Under the pieces are notes generated by a model, which was given only the letters and a program-made list of their open reading frames with translations, was not told the DNA's origin and searched no databases. The position numbers were made by a program, and so were the translations under genes. A stretch of DNA of 64,000 nt from an uncultured virus (IMG/VR IMGVR_UViG_3300030389_004188) (Duplodnaviria > Heunggongvirae > Uroviricota > Caudoviricetes): IMG/VR virus record IMGVR_UViG_3300030389_004188; one strand, given 5' to 3'. Numbering within the stretch: position 1 is the first letter of the stretch; the number at the start of each line of letters is the position of its first letter. Below, one piece after another: positions 1-9,426 of the stretch.

Positions 1-1
1 G

Positions 2-928
2 TTAGTACCTTATGTTGGTGCTGAAATCACTTCTGCAAATAGTTCTGGATTTGATTTATCAAGTTCTACTGCAAGTGGTTCAGTTGCTTATAAGAGGGCA
101 CTAAATGCAATAAGTAATGCTGATGAGTTTGATATCAATATGTTGGTAACACCTGGTGTGATTTCAAGATTACACTCTAATGTAACTAATCATGCTATCA
201 CTAAAGTGGAAGAAAGAGCAGATACATTTTATGTAATGGATTCAGCAGCTTGGGGTGATACAATCAGTACAGTAACTGGTGAGGTAGAAAAATTCGACAC
301 TAATTATGCGGCAACTTATTATCCGTGGGTAAAGATTGTAGACTTAAATACAAATCTACCTACTTGGGTTCCGCCTTCAGTAGTATTACCTGGTGTAATA
401 TCTTTTACTGATAAAGTGGCACACGAATGGTTTGCACCTGCTGGTTTGAATCGTGGTGGTTTGACTTCTGTAACAGAAGCTAAAACACGATTGACTCACG
501 AAGAAAGAGATGACTTATACGAAGGTAGAGTCAATCCAATCGCAACATTTCCTGGTCAAGGTGTTTGTGTTTGGGGTCAAAAGACCTTACAAGCAAAACC
601 ATCTGCATTGGATAGGGTAAATGTAAGAAGATTGTTGATTAGACTTAAGAAGTTTATCTCAAGTTCTTCAAGGTTCTTGGTATTTGAACAGAACACAATC
701 TCTACAAGAAATCGTTTCTTGAACATTGTGAATCCGTTCTTAGAATCAGTACAGGCTAATAGTGGTCTGTCAGCGTTCAGAGTTGTAATGGACGATTCAA
801 ACAACACACCTGATGTCGTAGACAGAAATAGGTTAGTTGGACAAATCTTCATTCAACCAACAAGAACTGCAGAGTTCATTGTACTTGACTTTATTGTACA
901 ACCAACTGGAGCTTCTTTTCCAGAGTAA
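2..928 (+). CDS. Contractile tail sheath protein (C-terminal part; gene starts before the window)
   Basis: Frame is open from position 2. Sheath motifs YYPWV, WFAPAGLNRG, NPIATFPGQG, WGQKTL, DRVNVRRL, PTRTAEFI. Confidence 0.95.
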   Translation, partial: LVPYVGAEITSANSSGFDLSSSTASGSVAYKRALNAISNADEFDINMLVTPGVISRLHSNVTNHAITKVEERADTFYVMDSAAWGDTISTVTGEVEKFDTNYAATYYPWVKIVDLNTNLPTWVPPSVVLPGVISFTDKVAHEWFAPAGLNRGGLTSVTEAKTRLTHEERDDLYEGRVNPIATFPGQGVCVWGQKTLQAKPSALDRVNVRRLLIRLKKFISSSSRFLVFEQNTISTRNRFLNIVNPFLESVQANSGLSAFRVVMDDSNNTPDVVDRNRLVGQIFIQPTRTAEFIVLDFIVQPTGASFPE

Positions 929-945
929 TTAGTCAATTACATTTC

Positions 946-974
946 AAAAAGCCCCACTACTCGTGGGGTTTTTT
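946..974 (+). terminator. Intrinsic terminator after the sheath gene
   Basis: AAAAA-GCCCCAC-tactc-GTGGGGT-TTTTT hairpin with U tract (A tract on the other side). Confidence 0.85.
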
Positions 975-1046
975 GTTTAAGAATAAAACTATGAAAAAAC
1001 TATGAAAAATGATACCAAAACAAATCAGACGATTTTTTAGAATACT

Positions 1047-1055
1047 GATATTTAT
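1047..1055 (+). promoter_or_regulatory. Putative late promoter motif (GATATTTAT)
   Basis: Same or similar motif recurs in intergenic gaps at 2652, 14224 and 45474. It resembles the T4 late TATAAATA element or its reverse complement. Confidence 0.5.
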
Positions 1056-1091
1056 TACTGAAATAAGAAATTTTTTAATTGGAGAAATCAA

Positions 1092-1583
1092 ATGCCAGAT
1101 TTATTAGATCCTTCTGAAATAATGTTCACACCGTTTGAACCGAAGACTAAAAACCGATATGTAATGTACATTGAAGGAATTCCGTCTTACCTTATCAAAG
1201 CGGCAAATAGACCATCTATTCAGTTTGATACAATAGAATTAGATCACATAAATGTGAAAAGATATGTCAAGGGTAAAGGTGCTTGGCAAACTATAGACAT
1301 AACACTTTACGACCCAGTTGTTCCATCGGCTGCACAGGCAGTAATGGAATGGGTTAGATTATCACACGAGTCTGTTACGGGTCGTGATGGATATTCAGAC
1401 TTTTACAAAAAAGATGTAACATTCAATCTACTCGGACCTGTTGGTGATGTTGTAGAAGAATGGACATTGAAAGGGGCATACATACAGAATGCAGCTTTCA
1501 ATGATTTGGATTGGGGTAATGGAACTGATCCAGTAGACATAACACTAACATTACAATACGATTACGCAATATTACAATTCTAA
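1092..1583 (+). CDS. Tail tube protein (T4 gp19-like)
   Basis: Follows sheath; 163 aa; GKGAWQTIDITLYD, EEWTLKGAY, ITLTLQYD; GGAG RBS. Confidence 0.9.
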   Translation: MPDLLDPSEIMFTPFEPKTKNRYVMYIEGIPSYLIKAANRPSIQFDTIELDHINVKRYVKGKGAWQTIDITLYDPVVPSAAQAVMEWVRLSHESVTGRDGYSDFYKKDVTFNLLGPVGDVVEEWTLKGAYIQNAAFNDLDWGNGTDPVDITLTLQYDYAILQF

Positions 1584-1667
1584 CAATACTTTTATATCTG
1601 GCATTTTTTCCAAAAGTATAGTTATATAAATGGTTTTAGTATAGTATAATAACATAGGAGTATAGCA

Positions 1668-2438
1668 ATGGCTGACTTTCAGTTTCCAACTGAAGTGGTA
1701 GATTTGCCGTCACAAGGTAAACTCTATCCAAAAGAATCACCATTAGCAAAAGGTACTATTGAAATAAGATATCCTACCGCAAAAGACGAGGATATTCTAA
1801 CATCAGTAAATCTTGTAAGAAAGGGTCAAGTTATTGACAAATTCATACAGAATCTTATTGTTGATAAGAAAATAAAATATAGTGAACTTTTGATTGGTGA
1901 TAAAAACGCAATTATGATAGCTGCAAGGATACTTGCATATGGTAAGAAATATGAAGTTGAGTTTGAACATCCGACTAATGGTCAGAAAGTATCAGACACA
2001 ATTGATTTGACTTCATTCAAAGATAAAATCATAGATGAAAGTTTATTACCAAAAAGTGGGAGTGATATACCATTTAAGCTACCTAATTCAAAAATAGATG
2101 TTACTTTCAAGTTACTTACTGCATTGGATGAAGATGAAGTAACAAGAGAACTTGAGGGTTTGAAAAAAATATCAAAAGTAGATGGAGTCGATAGGGGAGT
2201 AACTACTCGTCTAAAGAGACTCATTACATCTGTAAATGGAGATTCCGAAAAGGCAACTATCACGGAGTTTGTCGATAATTATCTTCTTTCAAGGGATGCC
2301 GTAGCATTGCGTGAACATGCGAGAATGGTAACACCTGATATAGACTTAAGTTGGGACTATATGGATGAAGACGGAGTAAATCACACCTTACAACTACCCA
2401 TCACCACCAAGTTTTTTTGGCCCGAGTCCGCAATATAA
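1668..2438 (+). CDS. Tail assembly chaperone / baseplate hub assembly (gp26-like) protein
   Basis: LPSQGKLYP, TAKDEDIL, GDKNAIMIAARILAYG, C-terminal FFWP; lies between tube and tape measure. Confidence 0.7.
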   Translation: MADFQFPTEVVDLPSQGKLYPKESPLAKGTIEIRYPTAKDEDILTSVNLVRKGQVIDKFIQNLIVDKKIKYSELLIGDKNAIMIAARILAYGKKYEVEFEHPTNGQKVSDTIDLTSFKDKIIDESLLPKSGSDIPFKLPNSKIDVTFKLLTALDEDEVTRELEGLKKISKVDGVDRGVTTRLKRLITSVNGDSEKATITEFVDNYLLSRDAVALREHARMVTPDIDLSWDYMDEDGVNHTLQLPITTKFFWPESAI

Positions 2439-2448
2439 GGCGGACTTG
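2412..2448 (+). promoter_or_regulatory. Putative programmed frameshift signal (UUU UUU U plus hairpin)
   Basis: T7 run at 2412-2418 in frame (TTT TTT TGG), followed by stem GAGTCCGC/GCGGACTT (2424-2447). The +1/-2 frame continues into ORF 2446..2643. Confidence 0.65.
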
Positions 2449-2643
2449 CATTCTGAGATATGGTATCTCCTCTACCTCGGACAGGGCCAATTTACATTTG
2501 ACCAAGTGTATACCCTGCCCATCTATCTTCGTAGGTTTTACATAAAGAAATACGAAGAACAAAACCAAAAAGAAAAAGAATATATGGACAAACAAACCAA
2601 AAAAACTCAAGGTATTTCTAAGCCTGGAATAACGAGAAAATAG
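2419..2643 (+). CDS. Frameshifted C-terminal extension of the tail chaperone (GT-like)
   Basis: Open in the +1 frame from 2380 to 2643; only a TTG start with no evident RBS; reads GPSPQYKADLHSEIWYLLYLGQGQFTF... Confidence 0.6.
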   Translation, partial: GPSPQYKADLHSEIWYLLYLGQGQFTFDQVYTLPIYLRRFYIKKYEEQNQKEKEYMDKQTKKTQGISKPGITRK

Positions 2644-2651
2644 TATTTCAC

Positions 2652-2660
2652 GATATTTAT
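2652..2660 (+). promoter_or_regulatory. Putative late promoter motif (GATATTTAT)
   Basis: Identical to the motif at 1047, intergenic, upstream of an RBS. Confidence 0.5.
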
Positions 2661-2679
2661 AACTATATTGGAGAATCTT

Positions 2680-2919
2680 ATGAAAACTCGTGGAAAACTA
2701 ACAGAAGGTATTCTTGACGGAATATTAAAATTGATATTGAAAGGTCGTTCTAACGCTCTAAATAAGGCATTTAATAATGACCCTACAATACAGAAAGCCA
2801 CGAAAGAAACAGAAGAGGCTCTCGATACTTGGGAGCAAACCTTAGTGAAATTAGCAAAACAAGGTAGTCCAAGTGCAAAGAAAGCTTTATCCGATTTGAG
2901 AAAATATCGTAATCTATAA
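2680..2919 (+). CDS. Small hypothetical virion-module protein
   Basis: ATG at 2680 preceded by GGAGA; in the frame of ORF 2668..2919. Confidence 0.7.
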   Translation: MKTRGKLTEGILDGILKLILKGRSNALNKAFNNDPTIQKATKETEEALDTWEQTLVKLAKQGSPSAKKALSDLRKYRNL

Positions 2920-2971
2920 TAAGTTCTTCAGAAATCATAGTATTTCAAAATTCAACTAAAAGAAAAAAAAT

Positions 2972-5284
2972 ATGGCAACTAATCAAGAAGTTAGGAATCA
3001 GAACGAATTAACCAAAGGTGCAAAATTATATAAAGACGCCGTTGTCGGTTCTGTAAAAGCCTTTAAGGAAATGGGTCAAGACACCAAGAAAATGTTGTCT
3101 ACTTTTGACTCCATTACTGATTCAATTTCTGAAATTGCAACAAGTTTTGATGATATTGGTGATTCTACATTTTTGATAATGGACAACACCAAGACTCTTC
3201 AAAAACAAATTGCAAAAGTAGCAAAAACAAATAAAGACCAAGCAACAGTACTAAATTCACATTTGAAGGCGTATCAAGGTGCATTGTCTACTGCAAAAAA
3301 ACTTGATGCACAAGCAAAATTATTACTTGGTCCGTTGGAGAGTGCAAAGAATTTTGTTGATGGAATGTTTGGACAAACCCTATCTGATGCATTGGGATTG
3401 GGAAAAATATTTGATGACCTAAATGATACAATTAAAGATGCATTTCTAAATTTAGATTATGTAGATAATTTACGAAAAGGAATTACTGATACTATTAATG
3501 GTGCTACTGCAGCTTTTCAAGAGTTGGGTGGTGTAAAAATGGATGGTATGGAAGAAGCAGCTGAGGCTGCAGAAGAAGTTTCAAAGAGTACTATGACGAG
3601 TTATGATGCTATAGGTAATGGAAATCGTGTAGCAAACGAACAGGCAAGAAAGCTCGCAGAAGGTGCAGATGGTGCAGGAGATATAGCTGATGCAGCAGCA
3701 GCAGGTAAATTACAAATGTTGGCTTTAGGTGCAGCTGCACTTGCAACTGTTGCATATTTTGCATCAATCGTAAAGGGTGCAATAGAGTTGAGAAAAGAGT
3801 TAGGTGTTTCTGTAATTGAGGCATCAAAACTAACCAAACAATCACAAATCTTATCATTTCAATTCGCACTATTGGGTGTTAGTGGAGATGAGATAAAAAG
3901 TGCACAAATTGCAATACGAGAAGAGTTGGGTGGAACTGTAGATGGTTCAAGGCAGTTTTTATCTAATCTTATCAATACATCTGCACAAATCGGAATGAGT
4001 GCTAGTGACTTGATTGTGATGAGAGAAAATATGAGAGCAATTGGTGGATTTTCACAAGACCAAGCAGATGCATTGATTATGTCTACTCGTGAATTAGCAA
4101 CTCAAAAGAATGTAATACCAAGTAAGGTATTTGCAGATGTCACGGAAGATGCAGAGTTTTTTGCAAACTATGCTAAAGATGGTGGAAAGAATTTATTAGA
4201 TGCTGCGGTTGCAGCAAGACAACTTGGAAGTAACTTAGCAATAACTGCTAAAGTTGCAGATTCACTTTTAGACTTTGAAAGTTCTGTGAATGCAGAAATG
4301 GAGGCAAGTGTTTTACTCGGAAGAGATTTGAATTTAGATATGGCAAGAAGAGCAGTTCTTAATAGTGATATGCTAACCGTACAAAAAGAAGTATTGAGAG
4401 TTGTGGGTAGTATGGCAGAGTTCGATAGACTCAATGTTATTGAAAAGCAAAAGCTCGCAGCTGCAGTTGGATTATCCACAAGTGAATTATTGACTCAAGT
4501 AAAGGCTGCAGAAAGAAAGAAAATTTTAGATGACGATAGTCTAACTACTCAACAAAAATTGGAAAGTGGTTTAGTAGGTATATCTGATTTAATAGGAAAA
4601 GGTATAAATCAATTTATGGCCACATTTGGAGATTCGTTAGCTGGTATTGGTACTACTCTTATTAGTGTTATTATGCCTGCATTAGGTACAATATTTACAG
4701 TTATTGGTGCGATATTAATTCCTGTTGCTGGTATTGCAGAAGCTTTCAATATGGTGAATGATTATCTTGGTGGTGCTTTAGGCTCAATTGTAGGTATAGG
4801 AGCTGCAATGTACGGATTAGTGACAGTATATAAAACCTTGAAAGGTATTGCTGCAGTAACAGCTGTTTTTGATATTTTTAGAAATGCATTTACAAAAGGT
4901 GGTCATCCAGTTTTAGCTCTTAGTCTAGCAACTGCCTCTATTATTGGTATGATGAGTATGGCAAAAAAAGTAATGAATGTTGGTGATATGCAGATGAGTG
5001 GTGGTGGTGCCACAATAATGACTTCAGGTACAAGTGGTGGTATTTTTAATACTCGAGCTGACGATGAAGTCAATGTAGGTCCAAAAGGATTTATGGCACA
5101 GGCAGTTACAAATGGAATGTTACAAGTTGCAAGTATGCAACAACAAGGAAGTAGTGAGGTTGCTCAAGCATTCAATAGATTTGAGAGTGGACAGAAACAA
5201 AGACACTTAGAGGCACAAACTTCTCGTGGTGTATTGACAGACCAAACAAAACGAAACAGACCAGGTGAGGTGGTAATAACATAA
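2972..5284 (+). CDS. Tape measure-like protein
   Basis: 770 aa, Ala/Gly-rich helical with hydrophobic segments; LLDFESSVNAEMEASVLLGRDLNL motif; position after chaperone. Confidence 0.75.
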   Translation: MATNQEVRNQNELTKGAKLYKDAVVGSVKAFKEMGQDTKKMLSTFDSITDSISEIATSFDDIGDSTFLIMDNTKTLQKQIAKVAKTNKDQATVLNSHLKAYQGALSTAKKLDAQAKLLLGPLESAKNFVDGMFGQTLSDALGLGKIFDDLNDTIKDAFLNLDYVDNLRKGITDTINGATAAFQELGGVKMDGMEEAAEAAEEVSKSTMTSYDAIGNGNRVANEQARKLAEGADGAGDIADAAAAGKLQMLALGAAALATVAYFASIVKGAIELRKELGVSVIEASKLTKQSQILSFQFALLGVSGDEIKSAQIAIREELGGTVDGSRQFLSNLINTSAQIGMSASDLIVMRENMRAIGGFSQDQADALIMSTRELATQKNVIPSKVFADVTEDAEFFANYAKDGGKNLLDAAVAARQLGSNLAITAKVADSLLDFESSVNAEMEASVLLGRDLNLDMARRAVLNSDMLTVQKEVLRVVGSMAEFDRLNVIEKQKLAAAVGLSTSELLTQVKAAERKKILDDDSLTTQQKLESGLVGISDLIGKGINQFMATFGDSLAGIGTTLISVIMPALGTIFTVIGAILIPVAGIAEAFNMVNDYLGGALGSIVGIGAAMYGLVTVYKTLKGIAAVTAVFDIFRNAFTKGGHPVLALSLATASIIGMMSMAKKVMNVGDMQMSGGGATIMTSGTSGGIFNTRADDEVNVGPKGFMAQAVTNGMLQVASMQQQGSSEVAQAFNRFESGQKQRHLEAQTSRGVLTDQTKRNRPGEVVIT

Positions 5285-8200
5285 TGGCACTCAAGGACTT
5301 AAAATCAGATTTAGGAAGAATATCCACGGTAGATTTTATATCAAATACCGTAAATGATGGTTTTATCAAGAATGATAATTCACGAGACACGAGTCGTTTC
5401 AAAGGTGTTGCTGGTCAATCCTATGGATATCCAAACTATAGTGGATTGGGATTGGGACTAATTAGTTCAGTAGACTTTTTTCCAAATGTAGATGCAAATG
5501 GATTTAGTCAAAGATTTGTAGATAGAGATGCCAGTAAATTTCAAGGTATCAAAATAAAAGGAGAGGACTATACATATTCATATCCAAATAATTATGGTAT
5601 GAATTTGGGATATACAGACGAGGTAACTACAGTAGATTTCTTATCGGGTCGTAGTGGAGAGTGGGGTTCAAACACATTACCAAACGGATTTACAAAAACT
5701 TTCAATAGTAAGTATAGTTCACAATTAGTAAATGATGGTAATACTTTTCCATATAATGTAATCTCACCTAAATCGTGGGATATAGATGAAACCACAAACT
5801 CATCTGCATTTACTTTCAAGACTCGTTCACAATTACAAGATAGTGGATTACTATATATTCCAGATTCAACTGGTGGGCCCTTACCCACTAATACAAATCC
5901 ATATTTAGATATTTTGGGAGACTTACAATTTAGTAATTGGAAATCACAACATAATAAACTTGGATATGGAAAAGATTTACCAAATGGGGAGTTTTCAGGT
6001 TTACCATTTATTGTTAGAAATATAGGTCAGAGGTGGGATGGTAATAGTTATCCAACCATAGGATTTTCTGGAGATTTCTTCAGAGGTGGAGTGATGACAC
6101 GAATTGGTAGACAAGATTCTGATTTTGTTAGATTGAGTGCGGTAACACAAAGGAGTAATTTTATAGGTAATAATTCTATATTACAATCTCTAAATTTACG
6201 ACAAGAAACTCGTGTTATGGCATTACCAAAAATTTTATTGTCCGCAACAACAGATGCGGCATACACTCGACACACCGATGTTAGTAAAGGTGTAGACTTT
6301 TTTAAGAAAGCTTTAGATGCATTTAGTGCTGCAGGTGGTGGAACTTCAGAACTACCAACAACTGGTGCAGAGGCTAGTCTATTCAATCAAAATGTTAGTG
6401 ACCTTGAAATTGCAAGAAATACACAAGTCACGAGTCATGCACAATCTGCACTAAATAATAATAGACTACAACAGGCACAAAACAGAACTAAATTTGGTTC
6501 TTCTATGTCTTCATTTTTTGATAATACAAAAACTACTACTAATAGAACATTACCACCTTTATTCACACCATCAAGAGCAAGTATCAATGATTTCTTAATT
6601 AGTAACGATAATGACCCTAATCTACCAGAGTTTGCTAGATTGGGTGATGGTATAGGTGCATTACCTAATCTTGGTCCTTCAAGAGTTATAGGACCAGGTG
6701 CTATGACAGATGGTGTGGGGTTGAATGTTATCTCCAATACACAACAAGAAGCTAATTTAAAATTTGGTCAAGTAAATACTGATAATTTTGGTGCAAGTTT
6801 GGCACCATATAGTGCACAAAATGGAGTTCTTGATTGGGGACTAAGTACGAGACATCAATTCTCACCAGGTACTCCAAGTCGTATACTTCAAGGTCCTGAT
6901 GGGGCATATGAAAATAATATTCCAGTTTCATATTTGGCAAAACATACTCACGAAGAGAATTTTGCACTTGGTGTTTATACCACAGGAACAGATGATTATT
7001 TGAGTAATTGGATGGATAATCAAATGGCAAGTGTAGATGGATTGAATACTAAAAAAGATAGACCACCAAATCCAAACGATAGATTGAGTAAGGCATTTTA
7101 TTCTTTCTTTCACGGAGACCCAACAGAATTCTTGGCAGACAAGTATTATGGGACAAGTGCAATACAAACTTATAATATAGGTGGACAACGAATTCCAATA
7201 TATAGTTTAGACCAACCAGAAAATGGTGCACCTACTTCTTTTCTTGGTAAACTTTCAAGTGGATTCAAGTCAATGGTGAATAGTATAATGAGTGCAACAA
7301 TTGCTACACGATTTGAAAACACACGAAATGCTGGTACACTAATGAAATCCAATGTGTTGGGTCGTATGGAAAATTTATATTTTGGTAGTGGGAAGGCCTT
7401 TGAATTGGCTGATAATGACTTTTCAACAGTAGATGAGGCAAGAGCTTTTCAAACAAATGATTTGATATTTGGTGGACAAAATGGTTCGTTTAGTAACTTT
7501 AGTATGTTTGTAAACGATGAGGGTAGAGTTGAAAACAAATATGGTACAGATACATTAGACTCGGCTGTAGGACATTTTAGAAAGTATGCACCATATGCAC
7601 AAAATGCTTCATCAATAGGTCCTACATCAGATTTACAAATGACTGCTGGTTGGGAGATGGAATCAACTATTGATGCAAGTTCTCTATCAAATGCTGAAAA
7701 AGATAAATACTTTGAAATGAATGGTGAAGAGATTGATTTATGGTCAGACTTTGGTATACGATATAAACAATCTAAATTGGCAATACCAACAGATAGAGTA
7801 AAAACACTAAAAGGAAAATTAGATACTAAGGAGTTGGTCGAGAAACCAAACTCACCATTTTATCCAAAGGTTACAAATGCTGCTAAGAGTCAAGATTTTA
7901 GGGTAAGACCTCGTACTGAAACCTCAGATAAAGAACTTCCAGATGGAATTAAACCTCGTTCTTATGCAACATTACATTATGGTATGTTGGGTAGTCGTTA
8001 TGATTCAGATTTTGAAGATAAGAGTTTTTCATATGAAAAAACAAAGATGAGTCCATCAGAACAGCTAGAGAATCCAGAGGTTATTACTAATCTCGTTGAT
8101 GACACAACACCAGAAAAAGAAAATAAATTTTTCAATGAAGAACTTCGTAAGAGAACTGATGGTCAAAATAAAGTAAAACTGATAGGTAATCAAGGTAGAA

Positions 8201-9087
8201 CTGATTACAAAGCAGTACATAATGATGAACTTGGAAAGATATTTGTTGATCCATTTAGTGGTAATATAGTCAAAAATAATCCATATGTAGACCAAGTAAA
8301 TGCCTCACCATATGGTGGTAAGTTTGGTGACTATACCATTTATGATAATAATGATGATTTTATACCTTTCAAAATTAGAGATGAGGTAAAAGGTAAGTGG
8401 TTGATATTTAGAGCAATATTGAGTGGGATAACTGATAATACCACACCTGAGTTTCAATCAGAACAATACATTGGTAGACCAGATAAAGTGCATGTTTATA
8501 CAGGTGTACAAAGACAAATAGATTTTACATTTTTGATTTACCCAAAAACAAAACAAGAATTACCAATATTGTGGGAAAAGATAAATTACTTGGTTGGACT
8601 TGGATATCCACATTATAATAATAATGATAATAGAATGATTGCACCATTTGTTAGTTTGACAATTGGTGATATGTATGATAAGACACCAGGATATTTTTCT
8701 GGTATAAATGTAACTGTGGATGATGGTTCTACTTGGGAATTAGATGATGGATTGAGAGTTCCAAAGTATATATCTGTTGGTTGTAACTTTACACATATTG
8801 GTAGATATAAATTGAGAGCAGATGGTAAACATTTTGATTTACCACACATTCAAGGTATGAGACCTGGTAAGGATAATTTATATCCTGATAGAGGTGGTCA
8901 GTTTGAAAGTTTATTTGGAGAAATGGGTGGTAGTAAACAAGGTGAACCTTTACAGGCTAGTGAGGTTTCACAACAATCAAATGCACCTAATCTAGCAAAC
9001 TTTTGGAACAATGACCCTAACAGACCAAAAAGATTTTATAATAATGATGGTAAATTAGTTCAAGTTGGTGATACCAAATTAATATAG
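5284..9087 (+). CDS. Large tail/baseplate protein with probable C-terminal tube-initiator-like domain
   Basis: 1267 aa; C-terminal DFIPFKI..FRAILSGITD..YIGRPDKVHVYTG..APFVSLTIGDMY; tail module context. Confidence 0.6.
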   Translation: MALKDLKSDLGRISTVDFISNTVNDGFIKNDNSRDTSRFKGVAGQSYGYPNYSGLGLGLISSVDFFPNVDANGFSQRFVDRDASKFQGIKIKGEDYTYSYPNNYGMNLGYTDEVTTVDFLSGRSGEWGSNTLPNGFTKTFNSKYSSQLVNDGNTFPYNVISPKSWDIDETTNSSAFTFKTRSQLQDSGLLYIPDSTGGPLPTNTNPYLDILGDLQFSNWKSQHNKLGYGKDLPNGEFSGLPFIVRNIGQRWDGNSYPTIGFSGDFFRGGVMTRIGRQDSDFVRLSAVTQRSNFIGNNSILQSLNLRQETRVMALPKILLSATTDAAYTRHTDVSKGVDFFKKALDAFSAAGGGTSELPTTGAEASLFNQNVSDLEIARNTQVTSHAQSALNNNRLQQAQNRTKFGSSMSSFFDNTKTTTNRTLPPLFTPSRASINDFLISNDNDPNLPEFARLGDGIGALPNLGPSRVIGPGAMTDGVGLNVISNTQQEANLKFGQVNTDNFGASLAPYSAQNGVLDWGLSTRHQFSPGTPSRILQGPDGAYENNIPVSYLAKHTHEENFALGVYTTGTDDYLSNWMDNQMASVDGLNTKKDRPPNPNDRLSKAFYSFFHGDPTEFLADKYYGTSAIQTYNIGGQRIPIYSLDQPENGAPTSFLGKLSSGFKSMVNSIMSATIATRFENTRNAGTLMKSNVLGRMENLYFGSGKAFELADNDFSTVDEARAFQTNDLIFGGQNGSFSNFSMFVNDEGRVENKYGTDTLDSAVGHFRKYAPYAQNASSIGPTSDLQMTAGWEMESTIDASSLSNAEKDKYFEMNGEEIDLWSDFGIRYKQSKLAIPTDRVKTLKGKLDTKELVEKPNSPFYPKVTNAAKSQDFRVRPRTETSDKELPDGIKPRSYATLHYGMLGSRYDSDFEDKSFSYEKTKMSPSEQLENPEVITNLVDDTTPEKENKFFNEELRKRTDGQNKVKLIGNQGRTDYKAVHNDELGKIFVDPFSGNIVKNNPYVDQVNASPYGGKFGDYTIYDNNDDFIPFKIRDEVKGKWLIFRAILSGITDNTTPEFQSEQYIGRPDKVHVYTGVQRQIDFTFLIYPKTKQELPILWEKINYLVGLGYPHYNNNDNRMIAPFVSLTIGDMYDKTPGYFSGINVTVDDGSTWELDDGLRVPKYISVGCNFTHIGRYKLRADGKHFDLPHIQGMRPGKDNLYPDRGGQFESLFGEMGGSKQGEPLQASEVSQQSNAPNLANFWNNDPNRPKRFYNNDGKLVQVGDTKLI

Positions 9088-9094
9088 GTAAGTA

Positions 9095-9424
9095 ATGAGA
9101 TATAGTAAAACAAGAAAGAGAAGAGCAAAAGGTACAGGACAACTGGTTCAAAAACCCACTTTCTATCCATTGATAGAACCGAGAGATGATGATGTCATTT
9201 ATCGTCCAAAGTATGGAGAGAGGTTGGATAAACTTGCTGCAGAATATTATGGTAATCCAAGTTATTGGTGGATTATATATCAGGCAAATAAAGACTTAAT
9301 ATTCAAAGGAGAGAGAATACTACAACCATATAGTTTTGAAACAAACCCTAATTTTTCACTAAGGATACCACAAAATCTACAACAGATATTGATAAAGTTT
9401 GATGATGTAAATCGAGGTTATTAG
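9095..9424 (+). CDS. LysM-like baseplate wedge protein (gp53-like)
   Basis: GERLDKLAAEYYGNPSYWWIIYQAN...LRIP motif. Confidence 0.8.
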   Translation: MRYSKTRKRRAKGTGQLVQKPTFYPLIEPRDDDVIYRPKYGERLDKLAAEYYGNPSYWWIIYQANKDLIFKGERILQPYSFETNPNFSLRIPQNLQQILIKFDDVNRGY

Positions 9425-9426
9425 AT

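Noticed and set aside
985..1009. Short direct repeat AAAACTATGAAAA x2
   Set aside because: Low-complexity two-copy repeat with no other support.
2417..2545. -1 frame product of the chaperone frameshift
   Set aside because: Open for about 42 codons but with atypical codons and no protein-like character; the +1/-2 frame is the plausible one.
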